Source: Vicinamibacteria bacterium
Lineage (GTDB): Bacteria > Acidobacteriota > Vicinamibacteria > Fen-336
Assembly: GCA_041493035.1 (NCBI GenBank)
Contig: JBGPYB010000002.1
Coordinates: 29,087-93,086, forward strand
Reading direction: 5' to 3'
DNA length: 64,000 bases
Shown here: one piece after another, positions 18,416 through 28,660 of the stretch
Layout of the letters: every line of letters begins with the position of its first letter
Position numbering within the stretch: the first letter of the stretch is position 1
Program-made: the position numbers and the translations under genes
The notes under the pieces: generated by a model
The model's input: the letters and a program-made list of their open reading frames with translations, nothing else
Databases searched by the model: none
Told to the model about the DNA's origin: nothing

Positions 18416-21400
18416 TTGATGACGAAGGCCCGCCGCGTTTTCCGACTCCTCGCGACCATCGTCGCACTCCTGTCCGCGACGCCGGCTTTCGCGACCGGCT
18501 CCTCGGACCCGCTCGAAGCGGGCTGGAGCGATCCGCCTCTCTCTGCGCGCCCCAAGGCTCTCTGGCCCTGGATCAACGGCAACGTGGACCAGGAGGAGAT
18601 CACCCACGAGTTGGAGGAGGGGAAGGCCAAGGGCATGGGGGGCTTCGACATCTGGGACATCCGTCCCGTCGTCGACGAAGAAAACGTGGTCCCCGCGGGC
18701 CCTGCTTTCATGAGTGCTCCCTCGGTTCGAGCCATCAGCCACGCGGTGCGCGAGGCGACCCGGCTCGGGCTCGAAATGGGGCTCGTGGTCTCGAGCGGCT
18801 GGAACGCGGGTGGTAGCTGGACGATCCCGGAGCACCGGACCATGGGGCTCTTCCGCTCCCGGCAGGTCTTCGATGGGCCGACGAATGTGTCGATCGTCCT
18901 CCCGTTTCCGGAGCTGCCCAGGGACTACGGCGACGAAGGGGCCGCGCTCATCGAGCGAGGCGCCGGTGGCCTTCCCGTCTTCTCGCGGGAGGTCGCGGTC
19001 CTTGCCATTCCCGTGACGCCGGACGGCGTCGTCCCGACTCCCGCGGCCGTGGTCGACCTCTCGAAGCGGGTGGACGCGGCCGGGAGGCTCACGTGGCAGG
19101 CGCCCGCCGGGCGATGGGAGATCGTTCGCTACGTTTGCGCGAACACCGGCCAGCCCCTCATCTCCCACTCCACGAACTCCGGCGGGCCGATGATCGATCA
19201 TTTCAGCCCGGAAGCCACCGAAGCTCACCTGCGCTTCTTCATCGACCTCCTCAAGGCTGAGCTCGGACCGCTTCAGAAGACGGCCCTCAAGTACTTCTAC
19301 ACGGACAGCTACGAGGTACGAGGCGAGCTATGGACGCCACGACTCCGGGAAGAGTTTCAGCGGCGCGCCGGCTACGATCTGCTTCCGTTCCTCGCGGCCC
19401 TCGACGGCCGGGTCGTCGCCGACCGTGATACGACGGACCGCTTTCTCTTCGACTACCGCAAGGTCCTCTCCGACCTCATCATCGAAGGGCACTACGTCAA
19501 GGCGAAAGAGATTTGCCACGGCGAAGGGATTGCCTTCGCAGCCGAAGCGGCGGGTCCGGGGCAGCCGATACATAACTGCCCTTTCGAGGCGCTCAAGTCG
19601 TCCGGCAGCCTGGATCTTCCTCGCGGGGAGTTCTGGCACAAGCTCGAGGGCGGGAGCGCGTCGGACCAGCTTCTTCAAGTGGTAAAGGGCGTCGCCTCCG
19701 CGGCCCACATCTACGGCCAGCGCTTCGTCGAGGCCGAGGCCTTCACGAGCGTCTGGCTCTGGCAGGAAAGCCTGGCCGAGCTGAAGCCCGATGCCGACCG
19801 TGCCTTCTGCGAGGGGCTCAACCGCATCGTCTTCCACACGTTCCCTCACACGCCGAAGGCCGCGGGGAAGCCCGGTTGGGTCTACAGCTTCGGCACACAG
19901 ATAAGCGAGACGCAGCCCTGGTGGCCGAAGGCGAAGCCGTTCATGGACTACCTGGCGCGCACCAGCTTCCTTCTCCAGCGGGGCGAGTTCGTGGCCGACG
20001 TCCTCTACTACTACGGTGACGGCGCGCCCAACTTCGTTCCACCGAAGCGCGTCGATCCGTCTCTGGGCTTCGGCTTCGACTACGACGTGGTGAACAGCGA
20101 CGCGCTCTTGAACCGCCTCGAAGTGAAGGACGGCCGGCTCGTCCTGCCGTCGGGGGGCAATTACGCTATCCTCGTTCTTCCCGACGCCGACGCGATGGAC
20201 CTGGACGTCCTCCGTAAGCTTGAGGTGCTCGTCCGCGGCGGCGCGACCGTCGTCGGGCCGAAGCCCACTCGCTCCCTCGGTCTCCGCGACCGCGCCGAGC
20301 GCGACGCGGAGGTACGCCGCGTGGCCGATCGCCTCTGGGGCGTCGCCGACGGTCATGCCGCCTTCGAGAACCGATTCGGCCTCGGGCGCGTCGTCTGGGG
20401 GCGGGAGCTTCGAACCGTTCTGGCGCAGGGGCGCATCGGCCCGGACTTCACGTACCGTGGCGCCGTTCCGGAGGGCGCCCTCGATTTCATTCACCGTCGC
20501 GACGGGGGCGCCGAGATCTACTTCGTTCGCAATACCCTGGCCCGCCCGCTCTCCGTCGACGGAGTCTTCCGCCTCTCCGGAAAGGGAGCCGAGATCTGGG
20601 ACCCGCTCTCCGGCGAGCGCCGGCTCGGAATCGTCGGCGCGGACGACGGGATCAGGACTCGCCTTCTTCTCGATCTGCCTCCCCATGGATCGGTCTTCGT
20701 CGTCTTTCGCCCGGGTGCTCCCGCGCCGGCCGTGGCCGTTCTCGAGCGGGACGGCGTACGTCTCTTCCCGCTTCCCGACGTCCTCGCCATGCCCCGCGAT
20801 CTGTCCGTCGTCTCGGACCCCACGGGCCGAGCCCTCTTCGCAAAGGCGCCGGGGCGCTATGTTGCGACGCGACCCGACGGGCGGCGAGTCTCTCTCGGAG
20901 ACTTCGTCGTTCCTCCGCCCGTCGAGCTGAAGTCAGGTTGGAACGTGGCGTTTCCACTCGACCAGGGCAGGCGCTCGTCGCCCCTTGCAAGCCTCGTGTC
21001 GTGGTCGCGCCTTCCCGATGACGATCGGCGCTACTTCTCGGGTATCGCCACGTACACGTATCGTCTCGACGTTCCGGCCGCGGTCGATCTCTCCCGCCAT
21101 CGTGCCCTCTTCGGGCTGGGACGGGTCGAGATCCTGGCACACGTGTTTGTCAACGGCGTCGACTGCGGTGTCGCCTGGGCCGAACCTTTCGTGGTCGACG
21201 TGACGGCGGCCGTGAAGCCGGGCTCCAACGAGGTGGTGATCGAGGTCGCGAACACATGGCCCAACCGTCTCATCGGAGACGCCCGCCTGCCGAAGGCTTC
21301 CCGCCGGACGAACACCAACATCACGCGGCTCCCGAACGCGTGGATGTACCCGATGAAGGACCTGCCCATGGCCGACTACCCGCTCCGGGATGGCGGCCTT

Positions 21401-21448
21401 CTCGGTCCCGTCCGTCTCGTCTTCGAGGCCCGAATCCCCCTGGACTGA
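18416..21448 (+). CDS. Large secreted glycoside hydrolase (GH106-like family, with a GH2-type sugar-binding domain at the C-terminus)
   Basis: A GGAGG SD and a signal peptide are present. The product is 1010 aa. The C-terminal FVNGVDCGVAWAEPFVVDVTAAVKPGSNEVVIEV resembles the galactose-binding-like domain of GH2/GH106 enzymes. The family call is tentative. Confidence 0.6.
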   Translation: MMTKARRVFRLLATIVALLSATPAFATGSSDPLEAGWSDPPLSARPKALWPWINGNVDQEEITHELEEGKAKGMGGFDIWDIRPVVDEENVVPAGPAFMSAPSVRAISHAVREATRLGLEMGLVVSSGWNAGGSWTIPEHRTMGLFRSRQVFDGPTNVSIVLPFPELPRDYGDEGAALIERGAGGLPVFSREVAVLAIPVTPDGVVPTPAAVVDLSKRVDAAGRLTWQAPAGRWEIVRYVCANTGQPLISHSTNSGGPMIDHFSPEATEAHLRFFIDLLKAELGPLQKTALKYFYTDSYEVRGELWTPRLREEFQRRAGYDLLPFLAALDGRVVADRDTTDRFLFDYRKVLSDLIIEGHYVKAKEICHGEGIAFAAEAAGPGQPIHNCPFEALKSSGSLDLPRGEFWHKLEGGSASDQLLQVVKGVASAAHIYGQRFVEAEAFTSVWLWQESLAELKPDADRAFCEGLNRIVFHTFPHTPKAAGKPGWVYSFGTQISETQPWWPKAKPFMDYLARTSFLLQRGEFVADVLYYYGDGAPNFVPPKRVDPSLGFGFDYDVVNSDALLNRLEVKDGRLVLPSGGNYAILVLPDADAMDLDVLRKLEVLVRGGATVVGPKPTRSLGLRDRAERDAEVRRVADRLWGVADGHAAFENRFGLGRVVWGRELRTVLAQGRIGPDFTYRGAVPEGALDFIHRRDGGAEIYFVRNTLARPLSVDGVFRLSGKGAEIWDPLSGERRLGIVGADDGIRTRLLLDLPPHGSVFVVFRPGAPAPAVAVLERDGVRLFPLPDVLAMPRDLSVVSDPTGRALFAKAPGRYVATRPDGRRVSLGDFVVPPPVELKSGWNVAFPLDQGRRSSPLASLVSWSRLPDDDRRYFSGIATYTYRLDVPAAVDLSRHRALFGLGRVEILAHVFVNGVDCGVAWAEPFVVDVTAAVKPGSNEVVIEVANTWPNRLIGDARLPKASRRTNTNITRLPNAWMYPMKDLPMADYPLRDGGLLGPVRLVFEARIPLD

Positions 21449-21494
21449 GGGGCGTTGACCGGTTAGGGTAGGGGCCGTTCTTCAGGGAGAAACG

Positions 21495-23351
21495 ATGAAA
21501 CCTTGGCTTCCCGTGACGGCGTCCGCCGCGATGCTCGCCGCCAGCCTCTTCACCGCGTCGGGGTCGCGAGCGGCGTCGGCGTCGCGAATCCGCTTCTCGG
21601 CCTACGACGGTCAGGTGCAGGCCCTTCTCTCCCAGATGACCCTCGAAGAGAAGGTCGGCCAGATGACCCAGCCCGACCAGAGTCTCCTGAAGGACGAGGC
21701 CGACATCGAGAGGTACTTCCTGGGGTCCGTTCTCTCGGGCGGAAACTCGGACCCGAAGACCAACAGCCTCGAGGACTGGACGGAGATGTACGACCGCTAC
21801 CAGACCCACAGCGCCAAGACCCGTCTCAAGATTCCGATCCTGTACGGCGTCGACGCGGTCCACGGCCACAGCAACGTCCTGACGGCCGTGATCTTTCCCC
21901 ACAACGTGGGCCTCGGAGCGACCCGAGACGCCGCCCTCGTGGAAGAGATCGGCCGCATCACGGCGGCCGAGGTGCGGGCCACGGGGATCCAGTGGGCCTT
22001 CGCCCCGTGCGTCACCGTGCCGCGCGACAGGCGATGGGGGCGTTCGTACGAAGGCTTTGCCGAGGATCCGACCCTCGTGGCCAAGCTGGGCGCGGCCGCC
22101 GTCCGCGGGTTCCAGGGGGCCGACCTCAAGGACCCGCTGCGTGTCCTCGCCTGCGCCAAGCACTACGCTGGCGACGGAGGCACCGCCTACGGAACCGGAC
22201 GCCCCGACGGGAAGGGGGGACGCTCTCCGCTGGATCAGGGAGACACCCAGCTCGACGAAACCACGTTGCGGAAGATCCACTTGCAAGGGTACGTCAGCGC
22301 CATCGAAGCGGGGGTCGGTTCCATCATGCCGTCGTACAGCAGTTGGAACGGGCTGAAGTGCTCCGGGAGCCATCGTCTCCTCACCGAGATCCTGAAGGAC
22401 GAGATGGGCTTCGAAGGGTTCCTCATCTCCGACTACAACGCCCTCGACGACCTCCCGGGAGACCAGCGCAGCCAGATCCGCCAGTCGATCAACGCGGGAA
22501 TGGACATGGTCATGGTTCCGGAGAGGTACAGGGAGTTCTTTGCGACCCTCAAGAGCCTCGCCGAAGCCGGCGAGGTCCCCATGGCGCGCATAGACGACGC
22601 GGTGAAGCGGATTCTCCGAGTCAAGTTTGCGATGGGTCTCATGGACCCGGCACGATCCCCGCTGTCGGATCGCACCGTCCAGAGGGACTTCGGATCTCCC
22701 GAGCATCGTGCGGTCGCCCGCCGCGCGGTTCGTGAGTCCCTCGTCCTGCTGAAGAACGAGAAGAAGGCCTTGCCGCTTTCCAAGAACGCCAAGCGGATCC
22801 ACGTCGCGGGGAAGAGCGCCGACGACCTCGGCAATCAATGCGGCGGTTGGACCATCAGCTGGCAAGGGGCGAGCGGGACGCCCACGACCGGGACGACGAT
22901 TCTCGCCGCCCTCAAGGGGGCCGTGTCGAAGGCCACGGCCGTGACGTTCTCGAGAGACGGCAGCGGCGCGGCAGGAGCCGACGTCGGCCTCGTCGTTGTC
23001 GGCGAGACGCCTTACGCCGAGGGCTTCGGCGATCGCACGGACCTGGCACTCGCCAGGGAAGACCTCGAGGCTATCGCCAACGTGAAGAAGGCCGGCATCC
23101 CGGTCGTGGTCGTGGTTCTGTCGGGCAGGCCGATGATCCTAGGGGACGCGCTCGCCAACAGCGACGCCCTCGTCGCTGCCTGGCTCCCAGGGAGTGAAGG
23201 GCTAGGCGTCACCGACGTCCTCTTCGGCGACTCCAAGCCCACGGGGAAGCTTCCGTTCACGTGGCCTCGCTCGATGGCGCAGATGCCCATCAACGTGGGG
23301 GACGCGACCTACGATCCCCTCTTTGCCTACGGCTCCGGCCTCACTTACTGA
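21495..23351 (+). CDS. Periplasmic family-3 glycoside hydrolase (beta-glucosidase / BglX-like)
   Basis: A signal peptide is present. GH3 N-terminal blocks include [23 protein letters not shown] and the catalytic-Asp region [11 protein letters not shown]. The C-terminal alpha/beta sandwich carries VLSGRPM. Confidence 0.9.
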   Translation: MKPWLPVTASAAMLAASLFTASGSRAASASRIRFSAYDGQVQALLSQMTLEEKVGQMTQPDQSLLKDEADIERYFLGSVLSGGNSDPKTNSLEDWTEMYDRYQTHSAKTRLKIPILYGVDAVHGHSNVLTAVIFPHNVGLGATRDAALVEEIGRITAAEVRATGIQWAFAPCVTVPRDRRWGRSYEGFAEDPTLVAKLGAAAVRGFQGADLKDPLRVLACAKHYAGDGGTAYGTGRPDGKGGRSPLDQGDTQLDETTLRKIHLQGYVSAIEAGVGSIMPSYSSWNGLKCSGSHRLLTEILKDEMGFEGFLISDYNALDDLPGDQRSQIRQSINAGMDMVMVPERYREFFATLKSLAEAGEVPMARIDDAVKRILRVKFAMGLMDPARSPLSDRTVQRDFGSPEHRAVARRAVRESLVLLKNEKKALPLSKNAKRIHVAGKSADDLGNQCGGWTISWQGASGTPTTGTTILAALKGAVSKATAVTFSRDGSGAAGADVGLVVVGETPYAEGFGDRTDLALAREDLEAIANVKKAGIPVVVVVLSGRPMILGDALANSDALVAAWLPGSEGLGVTDVLFGDSKPTGKLPFTWPRSMAQMPINVGDATYDPLFAYGSGLTY

Positions 23352-23360
23352 GAGCGGTCC

Positions 23361-24212
23361 ATGAAATGGGAAGGCCGCGAGGAAAGCGACAACGTCGAGG
23401 ACCAGCGCGGGCGGAGCCCTCTTTCGGGGCGCGGTGCGGGCATCGGCTTGGGCGGCCTGCTCCTCGTGATCGTGATCGCGCTCATCACGGGGCGTGACCC
23501 AACCCAGATTCTTCAGCTCCTTCAAGGGACGCAGGGGACGGCCCGGCAGAGCGAGCCTGTTCCGAGGCAGGCCCCGCCCGCGAACGATACCCTCGGACGG
23601 TTCGCGAGTGTCGTCCTGCGCGACACCGAGAACACGTGGGAGGGCGTCTTCACGAAGGCCGGCCGGCGCTACGAACGGCCGAAGATGGTGCTCTTCACGG
23701 GCGCCGTCGATTCGGCCTGTGGCTACACGTCCTCGGCCGTGGGCCCCTTCTACTGTCCCGCCGATCGCAAGGTCTACCTCGACCTGTCCTTCTTCGACGA
23801 GCTCTCCCGCAAGTTCGGAGCGCCGGGGGACTTCGCTCACGCTTACGTGATCGCCCACGAGGTCGGTCATCATGTCCAGAACCTCCTCGGGATTTCAGGC
23901 AAGGTGGACGCCGCCCGGGCGCGCATGGGGGAGCGAGACGCGAACGCTCTCTCGGTCAAGGTCGAGCTTCAGGCCGACTGCCTCGCCGGCGTCTGGGCTC
24001 ACTACGCCGCGGGCAAGCCGGACATGCTCGAGCCCGGCGACCTGGAGGAAGGGCTCCGGGCCGCGGCCGCCATCGGCGACGACCGCCTCCAGCGCCTGAC
24101 CCGAGGGCGCGTGCAGCCCGAGTCCTGGACCCACGGCTCGTCGGCCGACCGCGTCCGCTGGCTCCGGGAGGGAATCAAGACCGGCGATCCGAACACCTGC
24201 AAGACGCTGTAG
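23361..24212 (+). CDS. YpfJ-family neutral zinc metallopeptidase
   Basis: A TM anchor is followed by CGYTSSAVGPFYCPADRKVYLDLSFF, the zinc motif AHEVGHHVQN and LQADCLAGVWA. Confidence 0.85.
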   Translation: MKWEGREESDNVEDQRGRSPLSGRGAGIGLGGLLLVIVIALITGRDPTQILQLLQGTQGTARQSEPVPRQAPPANDTLGRFASVVLRDTENTWEGVFTKAGRRYERPKMVLFTGAVDSACGYTSSAVGPFYCPADRKVYLDLSFFDELSRKFGAPGDFAHAYVIAHEVGHHVQNLLGISGKVDAARARMGERDANALSVKVELQADCLAGVWAHYAAGKPDMLEPGDLEEGLRAAAAIGDDRLQRLTRGRVQPESWTHGSSADRVRWLREGIKTGDPNTCKTL

Positions 24213-24228
24213 GGCCGACCGTCGAACG

Positions 24229-24297
24229 CTACCGGAAGTTCTCGATCATCAACAGGTCGCTGCCCTCGCCGACGACCTTCCCGTAGAGGATCGTTCC
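24229..24297 (-). repeat. Orphan copy A of the 3'-terminal segment of the Ser/Thr-kinase/PD40 gene (gene remnant)
   Basis: About 65 bp are near-identical to 25191-25262 and 28661-28720. The segment encodes ...YGKVVGEGSDLLMIENFR followed by TAG. It is not attached to a kinase body. Confidence 0.55.
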
Positions 24298-24401
24298 GAA
24301 AAGGAGCACCACCGCCTCACGGGTGGCCTTCTCCACGGATTGCTCAGTCTGGTCCAGAAGGGCCCCAAGGTTACGGTTCGCATGCAGGGAAGCGGTAGAA
24401 T

Positions 24402-24725
24402 ATGAGTGCCATGGCAACCGTTCCGGCAGTCCTCTACCCCCACATCTCCAAGAGGCCCGGGGTGTGTGGAGGCAAGGCCTGCATCGACGGAACCCGCATC
24501 CGCGTGATGGACATCGTGGCCCTTCATACCCAGGGCCACACCGTCGAGGAGATGCTCGAACACTTCGAGTCTCGGCCCCTCACCCCGGCCGAGGTCTACA
24601 GCGCGCTGGCCTACTACCACGACCACAAGGACGAGATCGAAGCCTCCTTCGCGGACGAGGAGAGGGCTGACACCGAACACGAAGGCAGGAAAGCCGAGTA
24701 CCTGAAGCGCCGCCCCGGCCAGTAG
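24402..24725 (+). CDS. DUF433-family protein (antitoxin-like partner of DUF5615)
   Basis: The 107-aa product has the DUF433 core KRPGVCGGKACIDGTRIRVMDIV. A TAGAAT box lies immediately upstream. A GTG overlaps the stop of the next gene. Confidence 0.7.
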   Translation: MSAMATVPAVLYPHISKRPGVCGGKACIDGTRIRVMDIVALHTQGHTVEEMLEHFESRPLTPAEVYSALAYYHDHKDEIEASFADEERADTEHEGRKAEYLKRRPGQ

Positions 24726-25090
24726 TGGCGGGACGATTCCCGATCTTCGTCGACGAGAACTCGGCGAAGGGCATCGCAGGAGGACTGATCGAGCGAGGCT
24801 GGGACGTGGTTCGCGGTGTCCGCACCTTGGCCCAAGGAACAGCCGACGAGATCGTGCTCGAGAAAGCCGTTGAACTGAACCGGGTGCTCCTCACTCGAGA
24901 CGTCGACCTCGAGGGGATCGCGGTGCGCTGGCTACAGCAATGGCGCCCCCTTCCCGGCGTGATCTTCTGGCGTCAGGAAGACAGACAGGAGAAGTCCACG
25001 CTCGGTCAGGTCGTGGCGGCCATCGAAGCCCTGGCCTTGGAGGACGAGCCCTTCGCCTACCCGATCGTTTACCTCAGGCCGCGAAAGTAA
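24725..25090 (+). CDS. DUF5615-family (PIN-like) protein, partner of DUF433
   Basis: Its GTG start overlaps the DUF433 stop. The product is 121 aa (FPIFVDENSAKGIAGGLIERGWDVV ... LLTRDVD). Confidence 0.65.
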   Translation: MAGRFPIFVDENSAKGIAGGLIERGWDVVRGVRTLAQGTADEIVLEKAVELNRVLLTRDVDLEGIAVRWLQQWRPLPGVIFWRQEDRQEKSTLGQVVAAIEALALEDEPFAYPIVYLRPRK

Positions 25091-25106
25091 CCAGCCGACC
25101 TCAGAG

Positions 25107-27821
25107 CTAGCACCTCTCGCCGGTACCCGCGTGACGCCGGGCTCCTTCAGCGCCCCCCGGTCCTAGGGCGTGGTCGTGCTGGCCGGAAGGCCACCGGAAG
25201 TTCTCGATCATCATCAGGTCGGAGCCCTCGCCAACCACCTTCCCGTAGCGGATCGTCTTCCCGTCGGGGGAGATGGTGATTCCGGCGATCCAGCCCACCA
25301 GCTTGCCGAGGAGCCGTTCACGGCCGGTGGCCGGATTTCGCAAGAAGAGAGTTGAGTCGTCCCCCCCGCATCCCACGTAGTAGACACCGCCGGAACCAAC
25401 GGCGAAGCTGGAGACGCACTCCACGACCCGCCGCTCCGGGCCTCCCGCGAGGGGCAGTGCAAGGAGCGGCGAAGCCTCCAAGCCTCGCGAGAAGAAAAGT
25501 GTTTGCCCGTCGATCGACTCGCAGGAGAAAAAGCCGCCCCCATGCGTCATGCGTTCCTCCGTGCCTCCCGCCGCGGGTATCCGCCACACTTCCGGAGGGC
25601 CGCCCTCCCGACGCGCGGCAAAGTAGACGGAGCGGCCGTCGCGCGACCAGCTCGGTGAGTTCTCGTCGCCAGGACCCTGCGTCAGCCGGCGAGGCGAGCC
25701 TCCGTCGGCATCGATTGTCCAGATATCCCAGTGCCCGTCCTCGCCCTGGGAATCGAAAGCGATACGGCGGCCGTCCGGCGACCAGAAGGGCGACCCTTGG
25801 ACGAGCCCCGGCCCGCGCGTGAGCTGGGACGGGTTGAAGCCATCGGGGTCGGCGAGCCAGATCTCGTGCTCGTCCCCCGAGCGCTCGGTCTCGAAGGCGA
25901 CCCGCCGTCCGTCCGGCGAGAAGCGGGGGTTGTAGTCCGCGAACGAAGACGCCAGCACGGGCTCGGCCGGGCGCCCCGTCTCGAACCGGTAGATGTCGAC
26001 ATTCGTCAACTCCTGCACGAAAACGAGGCGGTCCCGAGAGGCGGCGGTTGCCGGATGCATCGCATGCAAGCCGGCTAGCTCGATGGGTGTCGGGGGCTCT
26101 TTCCCGTCGATCCCGACGCGCCAGATCCTGCGGATCACAGCATCGACGAAGAGCACGGATTTCCCGTCGCGGGTCCAGGCGAGATCCCCGAACGGATAGA
26201 TAGGCCGCCGGCTGAGCCGCCGGGGCGCTCCCTTCGGCACGAAATCGGCGCTCAGCTCGACGACGTCGACATGGCACGACGCGACGCCGACGCAGGACTG
26301 ATAGGCCAAGTGGCGTCCGTCCGGAGAAAACATGGGGTTGTAGGGTTCGCCGGCTCCTTCTGGAAGGGGAATGGGGCGAGGCTCACCACCCTGCACGGGG
26401 ACAAGGTAGAGACCGTCGGACCGGGACCCGCGCGTCGGCCCCGGCTCGGCGCCGGGGCGGGCGCGCGCCGCGACCAGCCAACGACCGTCGGGAGACCACG
26501 ACGGCCTACCCCCGGCCGTGAGGAAGTCGGCAACCCTGCGGTCGGATCCACCCAGGGGCGAAACAAGCTGGATCGTGCCAGTTGGGTCTGGAAAGCGATA
26601 ACGCACGAAAGCGATCTGCCGTCCGTCGGGAGACCAGCTCGGAGTACCATCGAGTGCGGGATCCGTCGTGAGGCGCCGCACCTCCGGCGACCCGATCATC
26701 TGGATGTAGACGTCGAGGTTGTCCTGCTTCTCGCCATTCCACACGAATGCCACCTGCTCGCCGTCCGGAGACAAGGCCGGAAAGGCCTCGAAGCCGCGCA
26801 TGCTCGTGACCTGTACGACCCGCGGTGGCGGAGGCGGGGGCCGCAGTAGCAGCCACGCTCCCGCGGCCATCGCCAGAAGCCCGGCGAGACCCACCACCAG
26901 CCAGCGCCGACGTTTCGAACGAGCCGGCACTGCCGCCACACGTCTCGATTCCGATTCTTCCTTGATCTGCTCGAGCTCGAGCTTCACGTCCAGCATGTGT
27001 TGGAAGCGCCGCTCCGGCTCCTTCTGCAGGCAACGCTGGACTAGCCGATCCAGCTCCTTCGGCGCGGCCGGCACGACCTCACTCGGCGCCTTCGGTTGGT
27101 CCCTCACGACCGCTGCCAGGGTCTCTGCCGTCGAGCTGCCCGTAAAGGCCCGCCGACCTGTCACCATCTCGTACAGCATCGCCCCGAAGCTGAAGACGTC
27201 GCTGCGGGAGTCGACCTCCTTGCCCATCGCTTGCTCGGGTGACATGTAGCCGGCTGTGCCCGGCACGGTCCCCGGCCGGCTGAGCGGGCCTGCGTCGCCG
27301 TCCTCGCTCACCGTCTCGTGATCCGGGCTCCCCGGCTCAAGTATGACGAGCTTGGCCAGCCCGAAGTCCAGAACCTTCACCACGCCATCGGACCCGATCA
27401 TGACATTGGCCGGCTTCAGGTCGCGGTGGACGATGCCCGCAGCGTGGGCTCGGGCGAGAGCATCGGCGATGGGAATCGCGACCCGCAGGACTTCGCCGAG
27501 GCTCATTTCCTGGCGCGAGATGAGGGTGTCGAGCATCTTGCCCTCGACGTACTCCATGACGATGAAGTCGATGCCGTCCGCCGACTCGATCTCGTGGATC
27601 GTGACGATGTTCGGATGGTTGAGGGCGGAGGCGGCTCGGGTCTCCTGGACGAAGCGGCGGCGGCGGTTCTCGTCCGCCATACGCTCGGAGGGCAGGACCT
27701 TGATTGCGACGACGCGGCCGAGGCGGGTGTCCCGGGCGCGGTAAACCTCTCCCATTCCCCCCGCGCCCAGAAGGGAGAGCACATCGTAAGACCCGAGCTT
27801 CGATCCGAGGGTCAGGGCCAT
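25107..27821 (-). CDS. Membrane Ser/Thr protein kinase with C-terminal PD40/TolB-like beta-propeller
   Basis: Hanks kinase motifs are present (GAGGMGEVYRA, AIKVL, HRDLKPANVMI, DFGLA, GTAGYMSPE). A Pro-rich segment is followed by a TM helix. More than 8 PD40 repeats follow (SPDG ... FVW / SWSPDG ...). The conserved C-terminus ...MMIENFR is extended by 28 codons. Confidence 0.9.
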   Translation of the reverse strand: MALTLGSKLGSYDVLSLLGAGGMGEVYRARDTRLGRVVAIKVLPSERMADENRRRRFVQETRAASALNHPNIVTIHEIESADGIDFIVMEYVEGKMLDTLISRQEMSLGEVLRVAIPIADALARAHAAGIVHRDLKPANVMIGSDGVVKVLDFGLAKLVILEPGSPDHETVSEDGDAGPLSRPGTVPGTAGYMSPEQAMGKEVDSRSDVFSFGAMLYEMVTGRRAFTGSSTAETLAAVVRDQPKAPSEVVPAAPKELDRLVQRCLQKEPERRFQHMLDVKLELEQIKEESESRRVAAVPARSKRRRWLVVGLAGLLAMAAGAWLLLRPPPPPPRVVQVTSMRGFEAFPALSPDGEQVAFVWNGEKQDNLDVYIQMIGSPEVRRLTTDPALDGTPSWSPDGRQIAFVRYRFPDPTGTIQLVSPLGGSDRRVADFLTAGGRPSWSPDGRWLVAARARPGAEPGPTRGSRSDGLYLVPVQGGEPRPIPLPEGAGEPYNPMFSPDGRHLAYQSCVGVASCHVDVVELSADFVPKGAPRRLSRRPIYPFGDLAWTRDGKSVLFVDAVIRRIWRVGIDGKEPPTPIELAGLHAMHPATAASRDRLVFVQELTNVDIYRFETGRPAEPVLASSFADYNPRFSPDGRRVAFETERSGDEHEIWLADPDGFNPSQLTRGPGLVQGSPFWSPDGRRIAFDSQGEDGHWDIWTIDADGGSPRRLTQGPGDENSPSWSRDGRSVYFAARREGGPPEVWRIPAAGGTEERMTHGGGFFSCESIDGQTLFFSRGLEASPLLALPLAGGPERRVVECVSSFAVGSGGVYYVGCGGDDSTLFLRNPATGRERLLGKLVGWIAGITISPDGKTIRYGKVVGEGSDLMMIENFRWPSGQHDHALGPGGAEGARRHAGTGERC

Positions 27822-27901
27822 GGGCTGTTGTGAAGACGCTTGATTGTAAGACAGTCGCGGCTCGTGACACCCAACTCACCGATTCTCCGGTGTGGCGAAA
27901 A

Positions 27902-27914
27902 GGCTATAATAGCC
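27902..27914. promoter_or_regulatory. Palindromic -10 box / operator of the Phd-VapC module (GGCTAT-A-ATAGCC)
   Basis: A 13-bp palindrome contains TATAAT at 27905-27910, 6 nt before the antitoxin GTG. No SD is visible, which fits a leaderless, autoregulated toxin-antitoxin promoter. Confidence 0.45.
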
Positions 27915-27916
27915 TT

Positions 27917-28219
27917 GTGAGAACCGCCACCATATCCGAGACGAAGAACTCGCTCAGCGCCCTCCTGGACCAGGTGCGGCATGGGGAGACAGTTCTCATC
28001 ACGGACCGCCGTCGCCCCATCGCGAGGCTCGAGCCCGTGGCGACCGCCGAGGACGCCGGTCCCGACGAGGGACGCCTGGCGCGCCTGGAACGGGCTGGAG
28101 TGATTCGGCGCGCGCGCCGGGGCCGGCTCGAGGAGATCCTGCGAAGGCCCCCAGTCGTGCCGCAGGCAGGCGGCGACGTCCTCGCCGTCCTGCTCGACGA
28201 GCGTCGTACCGGTCGTTGA
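27917..28219 (+). CDS. Phd/YefM-type antitoxin
   Basis: GTG start. The product carries ISETKNSLSALLDQVRHGETVLITDRRRPIARLEPV. Its stop overlaps the toxin start. Confidence 0.65.
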   Translation: MRTATISETKNSLSALLDQVRHGETVLITDRRRPIARLEPVATAEDAGPDEGRLARLERAGVIRRARRGRLEEILRRPPVVPQAGGDVLAVLLDERRTGR

Positions 28220-28653
28220 GGTTCTGGGACAGCTCCGCCCTCGTCCCTCTCATCGTCCGTCAACGGTCGTCGGTCCGGATGCGAGCTCTGTACCGGTCGG
28301 ACTCCGGCGTCCTCGCCTGGTGGGGCACCCGGGTCGAGTGCGAGTCGGCCCTCTCGCGCCTCGAGCGAGATGGCCTGCTGCTGCCGCGGTCGGCGAGCCG
28401 GGCGCGCGGGCGGCTCGATCGCTTCGCGGCAACCTGGCAAGAGGTGCAGCCGTCCGAGCCCCTCCGCGACGCCGCGCGCCGACTGCTCCGCGTTCACGAT
28501 CTGCGGGCCGCCGACTCCCTTCAACTCGCTGCGGCTGGCGCCGCGTCCGAAGGCCGCCCCATGACTCTGGCCTTCGTCTGCCTCGACGAACGCCTCAGCG
28601 CGGCCGCGGAACGTGAAGGGTTCCCGGTGCTCGGAGGCGTATCGCGCCGCTAG
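28216..28653 (+). CDS. vapC: VapC-type PIN-domain toxin
   Basis: A TTG start overlaps the antitoxin stop. The product carries FWDSSALVPLIV and conserved acidic residues (DSLQLAAA). Confidence 0.7.
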   Translation: MRFWDSSALVPLIVRQRSSVRMRALYRSDSGVLAWWGTRVECESALSRLERDGLLLPRSASRARGRLDRFAATWQEVQPSEPLRDAARRLLRVHDLRAADSLQLAAAGAASEGRPMTLAFVCLDERLSAAAEREGFPVLGGVSRR

Positions 28654-28660
28654 GTCGCCG

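Noticed and set aside
24229-24417. The 62-aa ORF as a genuine small gene.
   Set aside because: Its C-terminal 20 codons are simply copy A of the kinase 3'-end repeat. The N-terminal part has no SD or start context and overlaps the DUF433 promoter. I interpret it as a gene-remnant chimera.
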